64,000 nt of DNA, taken from a virus. Both the position numbers and the translations under genes were made by a program. Shown here in pieces: positions 38,266 through 47,186 of the stretch (positions are counted from its first letter, which is position 1; each line of letters begins with the position of its first letter). The notes under the pieces are model-generated. The model was not told the DNA's origin, did no database searches, and saw only the letters and a program-made list of their open reading frames with translations. The stretch lies in IMG/VR virus record IMGVR_UViG_3300048573_000442; one strand, given 5' to 3'.

Positions 38266-38969
38266 AATTAAAACAATTATTTGATTCAACTTCTAGACAA
38301 AAAGTTGAATCTATCCTGAAAAAATATAAAATAACGAACTACGTCATTAACGACGACTTGTCTGTAGATGTCGATGGGGATGTGGATTTGGATAGTAAAC
38401 GCCTAAGTTCGATTCCTGTTAATTTCGGAAAAGTTAGTGGGAGTTTTGATTGCTATAAAAACAAATTGACCTCTTTACAAGGTGTTCCGAGAGAAGTCGG
38501 TAAGGGTTTTGATTGTTCTCATAACCAATTAACATCTTTACAAGGTGCGCCTGGGGAAGTTGGTAGGGATTTTAACTGCTCTCATAACCAATTAACTTCT
38601 TTACAAGGTTCACCTAGGGAAGTCAACAGACATTTTTGGTGTTCTCACAACCAATTAACTTCTTTGCAAGGAGCACCTAGAGAAGTAGGTGAGCTTTTTA
38701 CTTGCGCTAATAACCAATTAACATCCTTACAAGGTGCACCTAGAGAAGTCGGTGGAGAGTTTTACTGCTATGGTAACAAATTGACCTCTTTGCAGGGTGC
38801 TCCTAGAGAAGTTGGCGGAGGGTTTTGGTGCAATAATAACGAATTGACCTCTTTGCAGGGTGCTCCTAGAGAAGTTGGTAAGGATTTTTGGTGTGGCAAA
38901 AATCCGAATTTGAAATCCCTTGACGGAATCGGCAATGTTGCCGGAGAAATTAAAAGCGACATAAAATGA
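38262..38969 (+). CDS. LRR-like paralogue 6 (8 repeats)
   Basis: Same architecture; ATGA overlap. Confidence 0.85.
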   Translation: MKLKQLFDSTSRQKVESILKKYKITNYVINDDLSVDVDGDVDLDSKRLSSIPVNFGKVSGSFDCYKNKLTSLQGVPREVGKGFDCSHNQLTSLQGAPGEVGRDFNCSHNQLTSLQGSPREVNRHFWCSHNQLTSLQGAPREVGELFTCANNQLTSLQGAPREVGGEFYCYGNKLTSLQGAPREVGGGFWCNNNELTSLQGAPREVGKDFWCGKNPNLKSLDGIGNVAGEIKSDIK

Positions 38970-39622
38970 AATTAAAACAACTATTTGAATCAGTTGCAGC
39001 CCCTAAACAAGAAGTTGAATCTATCCTAAAGAAATATGGTATCGAAAACTACACCATAAATGATGACTTGTCAGTAGATGTCGATGGAGATGTGGATCTA
39101 AGTAATAAACACCTAAGTTCATTTCCAGTGAATTTCGGAAAAGTTAGCGGGAGTTTTGATTGCTCTGACAACAAATTGGCAACTTTAGAAGGCGCACCAA
39201 GAGAAGTCGGCGGGGATTTTATCTGCTCTTCCAACAAATTGGCCTCTCTAAAAGGAGCGCCTAGAGAAGTCAGCGAGATTTTTAATTGCTCTTATAACCA
39301 ATTAACTTCTTTGCAAGGAGCGCCTAGAGAAGTGGATATAGATTTCATTTGCTCTTATAACAAATTAGCTTCTCTAAACGGCTCGCCAAGGGAAGTCGGT
39401 GGGAGCTTTTATTGCTTTAAAAACCAATTAACATCGCTAAAAGGAGCTCCTTGGGAAGTCAGCGAGAATTTTGATTGCTCTGACAACAAATTGACGACTT
39501 TAGAAGGCGCACCTAGAGAAATAGGTGGAAATTTTTATTGTTATGATAACCCAGATTTAAAATCCCTTGATGGAATCGGTAACGACAGCGTTGCCGGAGA
39601 AATTGGAAGCGACATAAAATGA
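38966..39622 (+). CDS. LRR-like paralogue 7 (7 repeats)
   Basis: Same architecture; ATGA overlap. Confidence 0.85.
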   Translation: MKLKQLFESVAAPKQEVESILKKYGIENYTINDDLSVDVDGDVDLSNKHLSSFPVNFGKVSGSFDCSDNKLATLEGAPREVGGDFICSSNKLASLKGAPREVSEIFNCSYNQLTSLQGAPREVDIDFICSYNKLASLNGSPREVGGSFYCFKNQLTSLKGAPWEVSENFDCSDNKLTTLEGAPREIGGNFYCYDNPDLKSLDGIGNDSVAGEIGSDIK

Positions 39623-40515
39623 AATTAAAACAATTATTTGAATCAACTTCTGGACAAGAAGTTGAATCTATCCTAAAGAAATACGGTATCGAAAACTACA
39701 CCATAAATGATGACTTGTCAGTAGATGTCGATGGAGATGTGGAGTTAAATAATAATAGCTTAAGTTCAATTCCTGTCAATTTTGGGAAAGTTAGCGGCAG
39801 TTTTAATTGCCTTTTTAACAAACTGGCTTCTTTGCAAGGCGCACCAAGAGAAGTCGATGGAGATTTTATTTGCTCTCATAACCAATTAACTTCTTTACAA
39901 GGCGCGCCAAGAGAAGTCGGAGGGAATTTTTATTGCTATCACAACAAATTAACTTCTTTGCAAGGTGCTCCTGGGGAAGTTGGTGGAAATTTTTATTGCT
40001 ATCGCAACAAATTAACCTCTTTGCAAGGTGCATCTAGGGAAGTGGGTGGGAGTTTTGATTGCTCTGAAAACCAATTAACATCCTTACAAGGTGCACCGAG
40101 AGAAGTAGGCGGGGCTTTTAATTGCTCTGGCAACCAATTAACATCCCTACAAGGTGCACCTAGGGAAGTAGGTGGAAGTTTTTATTGTTATCACAACAAA
40201 TTAACTTCTTTACAAGGCGCATCTAGGGAAGTTGGTAGGGTTTTTGATTGCTCTTATAATGAATTAATGTCCTTACAAGGTGCACCTAGAGAAGTGGGTG
40301 GGAATTTTGTTTGCTCTCATAACCAATTAACTTCTTTGCAGGGTGCACCGAGAGAAGTTGGCGGGAGTTTTTATTGCGGTAGCAATCATTTGTCCTCTTT
40401 GCAAGGAGCTCCTAGGGAAGTTGGTGGAAATTTTTATTGCTCCAAAAATTCAAATTTGTCCTCACTTGACGGGATCGGCAATGTAGCCGGAGAAATTGAA
40501 AGCGACATTAAATGA
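39619..40515 (+). CDS. LRR-like paralogue 8 (11 repeats)
   Basis: Same architecture; ATGA overlap. Confidence 0.85.
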   Translation: MKLKQLFESTSGQEVESILKKYGIENYTINDDLSVDVDGDVELNNNSLSSIPVNFGKVSGSFNCLFNKLASLQGAPREVDGDFICSHNQLTSLQGAPREVGGNFYCYHNKLTSLQGAPGEVGGNFYCYRNKLTSLQGASREVGGSFDCSENQLTSLQGAPREVGGAFNCSGNQLTSLQGAPREVGGSFYCYHNKLTSLQGASREVGRVFDCSYNELMSLQGAPREVGGNFVCSHNQLTSLQGAPREVGGSFYCGSNHLSSLQGAPREVGGNFYCSKNSNLSSLDGIGNVAGEIESDIK

Positions 40516-40595
40516 AATTAAAACTGTCAGTTGCAACCTCTAAACATGTTCAGCAACTTATTTCATGTGTTCCGAAAGGTCTTGCCAACTTTTAA
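40512..40595 (+). pseudogene. Remnant start of a ninth LRR gene
   Basis: ATGA-coupled ATGAAATTAAAACTGTCAGTTGCAACCTCTAAACA, a deleted version of the paralogue 5/7 start; 27-aa ORF running into the convergent gene. Confidence 0.55.
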
Positions 40596-41406
40596 TTTCG
40601 GGATTAGTTTCTACCAGCTTACGCATTTTGTCCCACACGTTTTGCGGGATAACAATTGCGCCGCCGTCAAACCATACTTCCTGATGTTTCTCTGAATGTC
40701 TAAGAGTTGCTGGAGTACACGCATGCATTTGCAGTTTAGAAGGTGAGTATGCGTCTAAAATTGTTTCTAAAAAATGTTTACGGAAATCGTCGTTCTGCAA
40801 CAGTTCCGAATAATCACTTTGTTGTATTCGTTCGTATGCTTCGCTATCTACATCGCGTATTTGCACATCGAACTGTTCCAGCGATTCAAATGGGTCAGTT
40901 CCTGTGTCCAGTCCTGTATTCAGACCTGTCTCTACAAAGGCAGCCAAATAATCATTCATTTCATTAATTGGTTCCAAATTTCCAAAAAGATCAATAATCT
41001 TTTCCCAGATGTCAAGATCGCCGACTTCTCCGATTTTTGCGTTTTTAACCGGGAGCACAATGTATCTCTCATCGCCAAAACCCTTAGCGTAGGCTAAATT
41101 TGTAGTGCATATCATTGATTGACTTCGCTTAGGAAAATCTTTCATCTCTGGGTGATTATCGAAAATGGTTGTGTACCAATTGGATGTATTTTGGCTTTTG
41201 CGTTTTGTCTTTGTCAAATCAACATAGGAAAAACCTAAACCAGCTCTCATGCCCCGATAGAATGGCTGCTGTTCTTTGAGCATCCAGAATAAATCTGGGC
41301 AATGTTCGTTCAAGTAAAAGGTGATAGGACGAGTAGTAAGCGGTTCAAACACCTGTTTAAGTGAACCTTCTGCTTTTGCTTCTAAGAATGTTTTAAATGT
41401 TTTCAT
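40558..41406 (-). CDS. ADP-ribosyltransferase-like paralogue A
   Basis: MKTFKTFLE; FYRG, SMICTT...AKGFG, QEVWF. Confidence 0.55.
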   Translation of the reverse strand: MKTFKTFLEAKAEGSLKQVFEPLTTRPITFYLNEHCPDLFWMLKEQQPFYRGMRAGLGFSYVDLTKTKRKSQNTSNWYTTIFDNHPEMKDFPKRSQSMICTTNLAYAKGFGDERYIVLPVKNAKIGEVGDLDIWEKIIDLFGNLEPINEMNDYLAAFVETGLNTGLDTGTDPFESLEQFDVQIRDVDSEAYERIQQSDYSELLQNDDFRKHFLETILDAYSPSKLQMHACTPATLRHSEKHQEVWFDGGAIVIPQNVWDKMRKLVETNPEIKSWQDLSEHMK

Positions 41407-42247
41407 TTTTCATAGCTTCCGATAAATCTTGCCAATTTCTAATTCGTTTTTTGCTTGATCTATACATACTTCTCATTTTGTTCCATTCGTCTAATGGAAT
41501 AATAATGGCACCAGTATCAAACCACACCTCATGCCCTATATAAGTCAGTTCTTCGATTTCGCCAAATGCGGACCCATCAATCCGCAGCACTTTCGGCGAA
41601 TACGCCTTCAAAATTGATTCCAAGAACAAATTTGTAAATTCGGTCTTCTCTAATAGGGACGAATATTTGCTGTTTTTAAGTCTTTGAAAAACTTGGCTAT
41701 TTACATCTTTTATTTGGCGGTCAAATTCCTGCAGAAGCCCAAACGAGCATTTTTCTGTTTTTAGTCCACATTGAATGATTCCGGAAAAGAAATCATTCAT
41801 TGTTTTTATTTCTACTTCATCCCCAAAAATTTTAATCCAAAGGTCCCAAATGTCCGACACGTAAATTTCTGCTACTTTAGCATTTTTAACTGGCAGGATA
41901 GCATATACCTGACTTCCAAATCCATGTGCATAATCGAAATCGGTGGTACAAATCATAGACTCGCTTCTTTTCGGGAGATGACTCATTTCAGGATGATTGT
42001 CAAATATTTCCGTGTACCAATTAGAAGAGTTTTGGCTTTTACGTTTTGTCCCTGTCAAATCAACAAATGAAACACTTAGACCTGATCTCATGCCACGGTA
42101 CAGAACTGCTTTCTCCGTCAGCGCCCAGAACGTATCGGGGCAATACTTATTTAGGTAGTAGGCAGCTGGATGTTCCGTAAGGGGCTGATACACTAGCGAA
42201 GCAGAACCTTCTGCTTTTGCTTCTAGGAATGTTTTAAACGTTTTCAT
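41393..42247 (-). CDS. ADP-ribosyltransferase-like paralogue B
   Basis: MKTFKTFLE; LYRG, SMICTT...AHGFG, HEVWF. Confidence 0.55.
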   Translation of the reverse strand: MKTFKTFLEAKAEGSASLVYQPLTEHPAAYYLNKYCPDTFWALTEKAVLYRGMRSGLSVSFVDLTGTKRKSQNSSNWYTEIFDNHPEMSHLPKRSESMICTTDFDYAHGFGSQVYAILPVKNAKVAEIYVSDIWDLWIKIFGDEVEIKTMNDFFSGIIQCGLKTEKCSFGLLQEFDRQIKDVNSQVFQRLKNSKYSSLLEKTEFTNLFLESILKAYSPKVLRIDGSAFGEIEELTYIGHEVWFDTGAIIIPLDEWNKMRSMYRSSKKRIRNWQDLSEAMKNENI

Positions 42248-42825
42248 AGTACGGTTCCTTTAACAATTGAATTAATTGCGTTTATAACAGTTGAATGTTG
42301 AACAACTTCAAAATGGTTTGTCGCTAATAGCAATTCATCCGTTGGCTTTACGCATCTTTGGGATTTTACTGATACAACTCCATCATTAGCATTAGCCATA
42401 AACGGCGATCCTCCGCCAGTAGTTACTACATTTAGCCAACGGCATGGAGGAATTATATTTCTCGAGTATGCAACTGAATTGCTATAAGGTGCTAAATCTT
42501 TCATGACTAGCAATTTTGGAAATGCATAACGTAAAAAGGCAGCAGCGTTATGCCCGCCGAACGGTGTTGATATCGTAATAATTCCGACAACATTTGGGTC
42601 TTCGCAGGCGATACGATGTGCCAAAATTCCACCCAAACTATGTGCAACAATAAAGTATTTTTGGGAAAGTTCTTCATGCTTAATAGCGTTATGCACGCTG
42701 TCGATTGATTGCGTGCTGTCGTATTCAGCAACAATTGGAATATGATCTTGTATCTGGGAAATAATGTGATTAAACACAATTCCAGAGCTATTAAATCCGT
42801 GAATGTAAAGAATTGTGGGTTTCAT
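42244..42825 (-). CDS. Alpha/beta hydrolase (lipase/esterase-like)
   Basis: YIHGFNS, AHSLGG nucleophile elbow, ISTPFGG, NDGVV, NH. Confidence 0.8.
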   Translation of the reverse strand: MKPTILYIHGFNSSGIVFNHIISQIQDHIPIVAEYDSTQSIDSVHNAIKHEELSQKYFIVAHSLGGILAHRIACEDPNVVGIITISTPFGGHNAAAFLRYAFPKLLVMKDLAPYSNSVAYSRNIIPPCRWLNVVTTGGGSPFMANANDGVVSVKSQRCVKPTDELLLATNHFEVVQHSTVINAINSIVKGTVL

Positions 42826-43072
42826 TTAGGATGTTATGTTCGGGTATTGTTAATTTGCCAGCAGAGATTAGATCTCTTCTAATGACTATTAGTCTAGTCA
42901 ATTCTTTAGACAAATGGGATATTTGATCTGAAGTTGATTGGCGATTATATTTTTGAACGTATTTGTTAATCGCATCTTGAGTCATATAGTTAATGACATC
43001 GGAGTAATGATTTATCCGTTCGCTATCAACCACAAAAGCGGTTTTAACTTTTTCAGTAATAATCTTTGACAT
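42791..43072 (-). CDS. Hypothetical protein (93 aa)
   Basis: ORF track, overlaps both neighbours. Confidence 0.4.
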   Translation of the reverse strand: MSKIITEKVKTAFVVDSERINHYSDVINYMTQDAINKYVQKYNRQSTSDQISHLSKELTRLIVIRRDLISAGKLTIPEHNILNETHNSLHSRI

Positions 43073-43835
43073 GTTTCTGTAAATCTTGCCAATCGTCTAT
43101 ATTGATAATGACTGCGCCTTTATCAAACCAAACTTCCCCCTGAATTATTTTCGAGGATTCAAGTGTTGCGGTAGTTTTTGCCAGTAGGCCAGTTTTTCTA
43201 GGAGAATATGCATCAAATAATTCTTTAAGAAAATCGCTTGAAATGACACGTTTATATTTTTCGGCAAAACGCAATCTTTCAATAATTTCACCGTTTTTAT
43301 TTTTTAGGGCTTCATCGAATTTTACCAATGCATTAAAACAGGATTCATCTTCTTCATCATAATCAAGCAGGTTTTTTAAAAAATAATTTGCGTCGATCAG
43401 TGAAAGCGATTTCCCGAATAGGGTTGTCCTAAGATCCCACATGTCCTGTTCGCCAACTAAACCTATTTTTGAACCGTTTACAGGAATCACTGCAAATACT
43501 GATCCAAACGCACTTGCATAACCTTTAGATGTGGAGCAAATTATAGATTTGCTACGTTTGGGAAAGTCCTGCATTTCGGGGTGATTATCAAAAATTTCAG
43601 TATAAAAATTATTGGTGTTTTGGCTTTTCCTGGCCGTCCTTGCCAAATTGACAAAAGCAGGAGGATGATCCCATTGTAGCTTCCCGAATCCCCGATAAAA
43701 TGGTTTATCTTGCTCGATCATCCATAAAGAATCAGAACAATGCCTTTTTAGAAATTCGTGTATGTGATCAATTGGTTCAAATACCTGTTTAGGCGAATCT
43801 TCCGCTTTTGCTTCTAAGAAAGTTTTAAATTTCAT
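43053..43835 (-). CDS. ADP-ribosyltransferase-like paralogue C
   Basis: MKFKTFLE; FYRG, SIICSTSKGYASAFG, GEVWF. Confidence 0.6.
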   Translation of the reverse strand: MKFKTFLEAKAEDSPKQVFEPIDHIHEFLKRHCSDSLWMIEQDKPFYRGFGKLQWDHPPAFVNLARTARKSQNTNNFYTEIFDNHPEMQDFPKRSKSIICSTSKGYASAFGSVFAVIPVNGSKIGLVGEQDMWDLRTTLFGKSLSLIDANYFLKNLLDYDEEDESCFNALVKFDEALKNKNGEIIERLRFAEKYKRVISSDFLKELFDAYSPRKTGLLAKTTATLESSKIIQGEVWFDKGAVIINIDDWQDLQKHVKDYY

Positions 43836-44808
43836 TTTTCAATTTCTCACTGATAAAGTGGGCGACAGATTTAGTCACTAAAATCACAGGACCGCCAATC
43901 CATAATTCTGTCGTACAGTGAAGGTCAAATAAACTAGAGGGCATATTAGCCGTAGTAAAAACTGTATGCTCTGTTGCCTCCGCAGAATATGCTTCCCAAA
44001 TATGATCCAAGAAATGATCCAAGCATTCCGTCGGTGCATTATTAAAAACACTCATGAAAAGCGCAACTGCCGGTTTATTCCTATCCTTCAGTAGTCTGTC
44101 GAATTCTTGAAAACTTTCAAGCGTCTGTTTCAATTTTAAAGCTTCAAACAAATGATTAAAGTGTTCGATATTCCGGTGGGTCCCGAAAAGATTGATTCGG
44201 GTTTGCCACATATCATCATTATTCACTGCACCCATTTTTACTCCATTAAATGGAATAACAACAATATCCTCTCCTTTTGCAGTACTTCCATAACCACTTG
44301 CAATTTTCGGACATGTAGTTGCTATGAAAGAGGCGCTGCGTTTGGGGAAATGGGCCCTTTTTGGATTAGCATCCAAAAGCATATTATAGAAGTTGCCAGC
44401 GCTAATGCTCTTCCTAGAAGTCAACGTCGGATCTGAAACAACTGCACCTGTTGCTAATAGATCGGCCTTCGGGCTTTGGCCGGAAATGCCTCGCCATATA
44501 AACTTTGCGTCCTTTAGAAACGGGACAAAATCTGACGCCTTTTGGCGAATGAGATCTAAGGTTTCATCAAGGGGTTTAGGTTCATAAACAGGCTTTGATT
44601 CCTTTAAGAACTCTGAGAATCTTAAACCTTCTTTTAAGCCCATCATTCGTTTAGTTATTGCCATTCTAAGTGCCCAATGTCTAGGATCATTTTTATCATA
44701 GTCGTATTCAGAACTGATAATTTCTTCAGCTTTATCCCAAAGATGTTCTGCTCTATCAAGAGGTATTTTTGCTTTTTTAGCTAAATGTTTTAGTGCAGTA
44801 AGTGGCAT
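43825..44808 (-). CDS. ADP-ribosyltransferase-like paralogue D with extra N-terminal helical domain
   Basis: IWRG, SFIATT...ASGYG, TELWI; internal LRFSEFLKE tag at about residue 62. Confidence 0.5.
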   Translation of the reverse strand: MPLTALKHLAKKAKIPLDRAEHLWDKAEEIISSEYDYDKNDPRHWALRMAITKRMMGLKEGLRFSEFLKESKPVYEPKPLDETLDLIRQKASDFVPFLKDAKFIWRGISGQSPKADLLATGAVVSDPTLTSRKSISAGNFYNMLLDANPKRAHFPKRSASFIATTCPKIASGYGSTAKGEDIVVIPFNGVKMGAVNNDDMWQTRINLFGTHRNIEHFNHLFEALKLKQTLESFQEFDRLLKDRNKPAVALFMSVFNNAPTECLDHFLDHIWEAYSAEATEHTVFTTANMPSSLFDLHCTTELWIGGPVILVTKSVAHFISEKLKNEI

Positions 44809-44809
44809 T

Positions 44810-45466
44810 TTAAAAGTCAGGAAATTGTGGAGGTGGGGCGAAATTTGACGTGTATCTTGCTATTCCACTAGTAAACCTGAAATCGTCAATATATCCAGTA
44901 AAATATTTTGAAACAGATGTATATGCACCAAGTTGGAAATCTCCAGTTGCAAAATCAGTGTTTGCAACTGATGCCACCAAAATGCCATTTTGGTACAATC
45001 GAGTATTTGGGGAATCCAAAACGACCGCAACATGAACCCATTCATTTATTGGCAATGGAGCATTTGCTGTCGCCAAAACGGGAACGACATTTCGTTTGCC
45101 TATAACAAGATTTCCGCTTATTGTTTCCAATGTCAGCCCGCTACCGCTAACAGAAAAAAGAATCCCGACGTCAGAGGCAACGGTTTTATAAAGCCAGAAT
45201 TCAATCGTAAACTTGCTACCAAATAATGACATCGTATTTGACGGTCTAGTCAAATACGATGAGCCGTTTAAATATAGGGACGCTGCGCCAAATTGTTTTT
45301 CTGAGCTACTAATAACTGGGGCCCCAATGCCCGTCCAAACTCCACTTGCCGAATCACCAAAGTTTGAATCAAAGCGTAATAGGCTGATTACGTTAGTCCA
45401 AAATGGATCTGGTGGTTGTGCAGTTGATTGGTAAATTGCGCGGATGAGAACTGAAATGTCTAGCAT
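44810..45466 (-). CDS. LamG / concanavalin-A-like lectin domain protein
   Basis: LLRFD, FGAASLYLNG, FTIEFW, WVHVAVV, GYIDDFRF; start moved to ATG 45466. Confidence 0.8.
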   Translation of the reverse strand: MLDISVLIRAIYQSTAQPPDPFWTNVISLLRFDSNFGDSASGVWTGIGAPVISSSEKQFGAASLYLNGSSYLTRPSNTMSLFGSKFTIEFWLYKTVASDVGILFSVSGSGLTLETISGNLVIGKRNVVPVLATANAPLPINEWVHVAVVLDSPNTRLYQNGILVASVANTDFATGDFQLGAYTSVSKYFTGYIDDFRFTSGIARYTSNFAPPPQFPDF

Positions 45467-45473
45467 AATTAGT

Positions 45474-45956
45474 TTATTCTTTATTAAAGTCGTCCCAAAT
45501 TTCTTTATCTGCTTTTCTAGCAGGCCCGCCAACAATAAACGAATTCACTCGAGCCATCGCCCATTGTGCTTGGGCAACACCCGGTCTATGCCCAGTTCTC
45601 CAAGCTGCAGAACCCTTATTGAACACTCGCCGTAAAATAGATACGGGAATTCCTGTTTTTTCAGACTTATTCTTGAGCGCAACGTCAATATTTGAAGACT
45701 CGCCAAACAGCTCTTCATACTTTTCAGTATGTTCGCTTTTTGGTATAGATTTTCCTGCCGACTTCAACTGTTTCTTATATTTCCTATCAGCGGTCCAGTT
45801 GTCAGGATAAGCTTTTGGATCTTTATGGTCAAGACGTTTAAACTTATCAATTTCTTTTGACATCTCTTTTTTCAGGGGAGGTTTGTTTTTTGCCCCCTTA
45901 AAATCCAAATACTTTGGATTTGTCTCAGAAATGAACTGTTTAAACGTTATCGTCAT
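45474..45956 (-). CDS. Basic protein with conserved viral domain (DUF5824-like)
   Basis: KSEKTGIP..ILRRVFNKG.AAW.TGHRPG..Q.QWA.ARVNSF; FKQFISE tag. Confidence 0.55.
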   Translation of the reverse strand: MTITFKQFISETNPKYLDFKGAKNKPPLKKEMSKEIDKFKRLDHKDPKAYPDNWTADRKYKKQLKSAGKSIPKSEHTEKYEELFGESSNIDVALKNKSEKTGIPVSILRRVFNKGSAAWRTGHRPGVAQAQWAMARVNSFIVGGPARKADKEIWDDFNKE

Positions 45957-45958
45957 GA

Positions 45959-46213
45959 TTATTTTGCTGGCTTAACAACGTCTTTAAACACTACGCCTTC
46001 AGAACCATCCCATTCGCCGACGCCGATAGTCTCCTTGCGCTTATACGGCTTAGTTCCAATGAAAGCATTGCAGATGTCCTGGTCTCCATCAAACCAAGCA
46101 CCTGGCTGATATTTGCGAACGGCAGTTTTCCATGAACTATAAGTCGTGTAAACAGTTTCCCCCATATGGTTCTTTGCTTCTTTAAGATTTACTAGTTGTT
46201 TTAGTAATTGCAT
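45959..46213 (-). CDS. Hypothetical protein (84 aa)
   Basis: AGAGG RBS; LKQLVNLKEA N-terminus. Confidence 0.5.
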   Translation of the reverse strand: MQLLKQLVNLKEAKNHMGETVYTTYSSWKTAVRKYQPGAWFDGDQDICNAFIGTKPYKRKETIGVGEWDGSEGVVFKDVVKPAK

Positions 46214-46242
46214 TTTTGTGCCTCTATTGGTTAAATGTATAT

Positions 46243-46539
46243 TTATCTCTTGTCGTAATTAACGTGTATTACTTTTGCTTTAATTACGCCAAGGCCCTGA
46301 AGTATATGTTTTTTCAACCGCAATGTCAACTTTTCAGACAGGTCTTTTTGAAAGCCTAGATCCCTAGGTCTGTCTGCACAATCCGTCCTGAACTCTATAA
46401 CAGTTTGTGGCCCCTCATCTAATAAATGGATGCTAAAGATCTTACAAGCAATGAGTTCTTCTTCAGCAATGTGGTGCAGCATGTTTTCCCATTTTTTAAG
46501 GTGTTCTTCACGCTTAAGGAATTCTTTAAATGTCTTCAT
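46243..46539 (-). CDS. Hypothetical protein (98 aa), internal-protein-like tag
   Basis: MKTFKEFLKRE; ATGA coupling. Confidence 0.55.
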   Translation of the reverse strand: MKTFKEFLKREEHLKKWENMLHHIAEEELIACKIFSIHLLDEGPQTVIEFRTDCADRPRDLGFQKDLSEKLTLRLKKHILQGLGVIKAKVIHVNYDKR

Positions 46540-47186
46540 AAAATTTCTGCCAATCTTGGTTTAATGACATCATAAAATAGATTGCTTAAAGTATCTATTT
46601 TGTAATACTGCTTGCATTTCAAATGAATTTCATTGCCGTTATCGATGCATTCTTCAAGCTCTTCATTTACATTCCATCTAGCGTGTGAAAATTTTTTAAC
46701 TAGCATGTCTGCTGCCATAGTCTGACGCTGATCATAGTTGTATTGGTTTTCTTTATCAGCTGCGAATATTTTGCCAGATAAATAGGCTGAAGAGCCGTAT
46801 GCGTCTTTAAATGCGTCCTTGCCCGTATCAGCATTACAAACCCATTGAAATTCCCCAATTGGGAAAATAGCAAATACCTTTCCGTATTGTCTAGCATCGT
46901 TTTGTTGACCAGTAACAAACATCCAATTTCGAATAGGCTCGCCGACTAAATCAACAAAAAAATCATTCATTTTATCATGCAAGTACGTGCTTGAATCCCT
47001 AGGCCCGCCACGTAGCCTAAAATCCCTGATCTCCCAATCGGCAGACCCTCCAGATTCAGAGCCGCGATACATCAATTTGTTTCCGCCGGTTCCTTTTAGT
47101 TGCTTAAATAAAAATGAGCAGTCTTCTTCAAATCGTTTAAGATCAAAAGATTTTTGTTCGTTTAGGAAAGTTTTAAATGTTTTCAT
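46536..47186 (-). CDS. ADP-ribosyltransferase-like paralogue F (diverged)
   Basis: Start moved to MKTFKTFLNE at 47186; MYRG, RDSS, MFVTG...ARQYG..FAIFP, NEIHL. Confidence 0.45.
   Translation of the reverse strand: MKTFKTFLNEQKSFDLKRFEEDCSFLFKQLKGTGGNKLMYRGSESGGSADWEIRDFRLRGGPRDSSTYLHDKMNDFFVDLVGEPIRNWMFVTGQQNDARQYGKVFAIFPIGEFQWVCNADTGKDAFKDAYGSSAYLSGKIFAADKENQYNYDQRQTMAADMLVKKFSHARWNVNEELEECIDNGNEIHLKCKQYYKIDTLSNLFYDVIKPRLAEIL

Larger units (their letters stand above)
34724..40515 (+). repeat. Nested repeat: 63-bp units within eight tandem gene-sized units
   Basis: 63-bp period seen directly (39901 vs 39964); 66 FxC units counted by eye. Confidence 0.9.

Noticed and set aside
34801-39237. 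Minus-strand ORFs inside the LRR array (PPTSLGAPCKEVN repeats)
   Set aside because: Antisense shadows of the repeat; no RBS or independent features. The same applies to plus-strand ORFs at 59072 and 61378
34724-40515. CRISPR array
   Set aside because: The 63-bp units are in-frame coding repeats with synonymous variation and no unique spacers; no cas genes seen
34724-40515. Diversity-generating retroelement target
   Set aside because: No reverse transcriptase or template repeat in the window; variable codons include TGG, AAA and GAG, and non-A positions also vary, unlike the AAY-to-NNY pattern. An RT elsewhere in the genome was not checked
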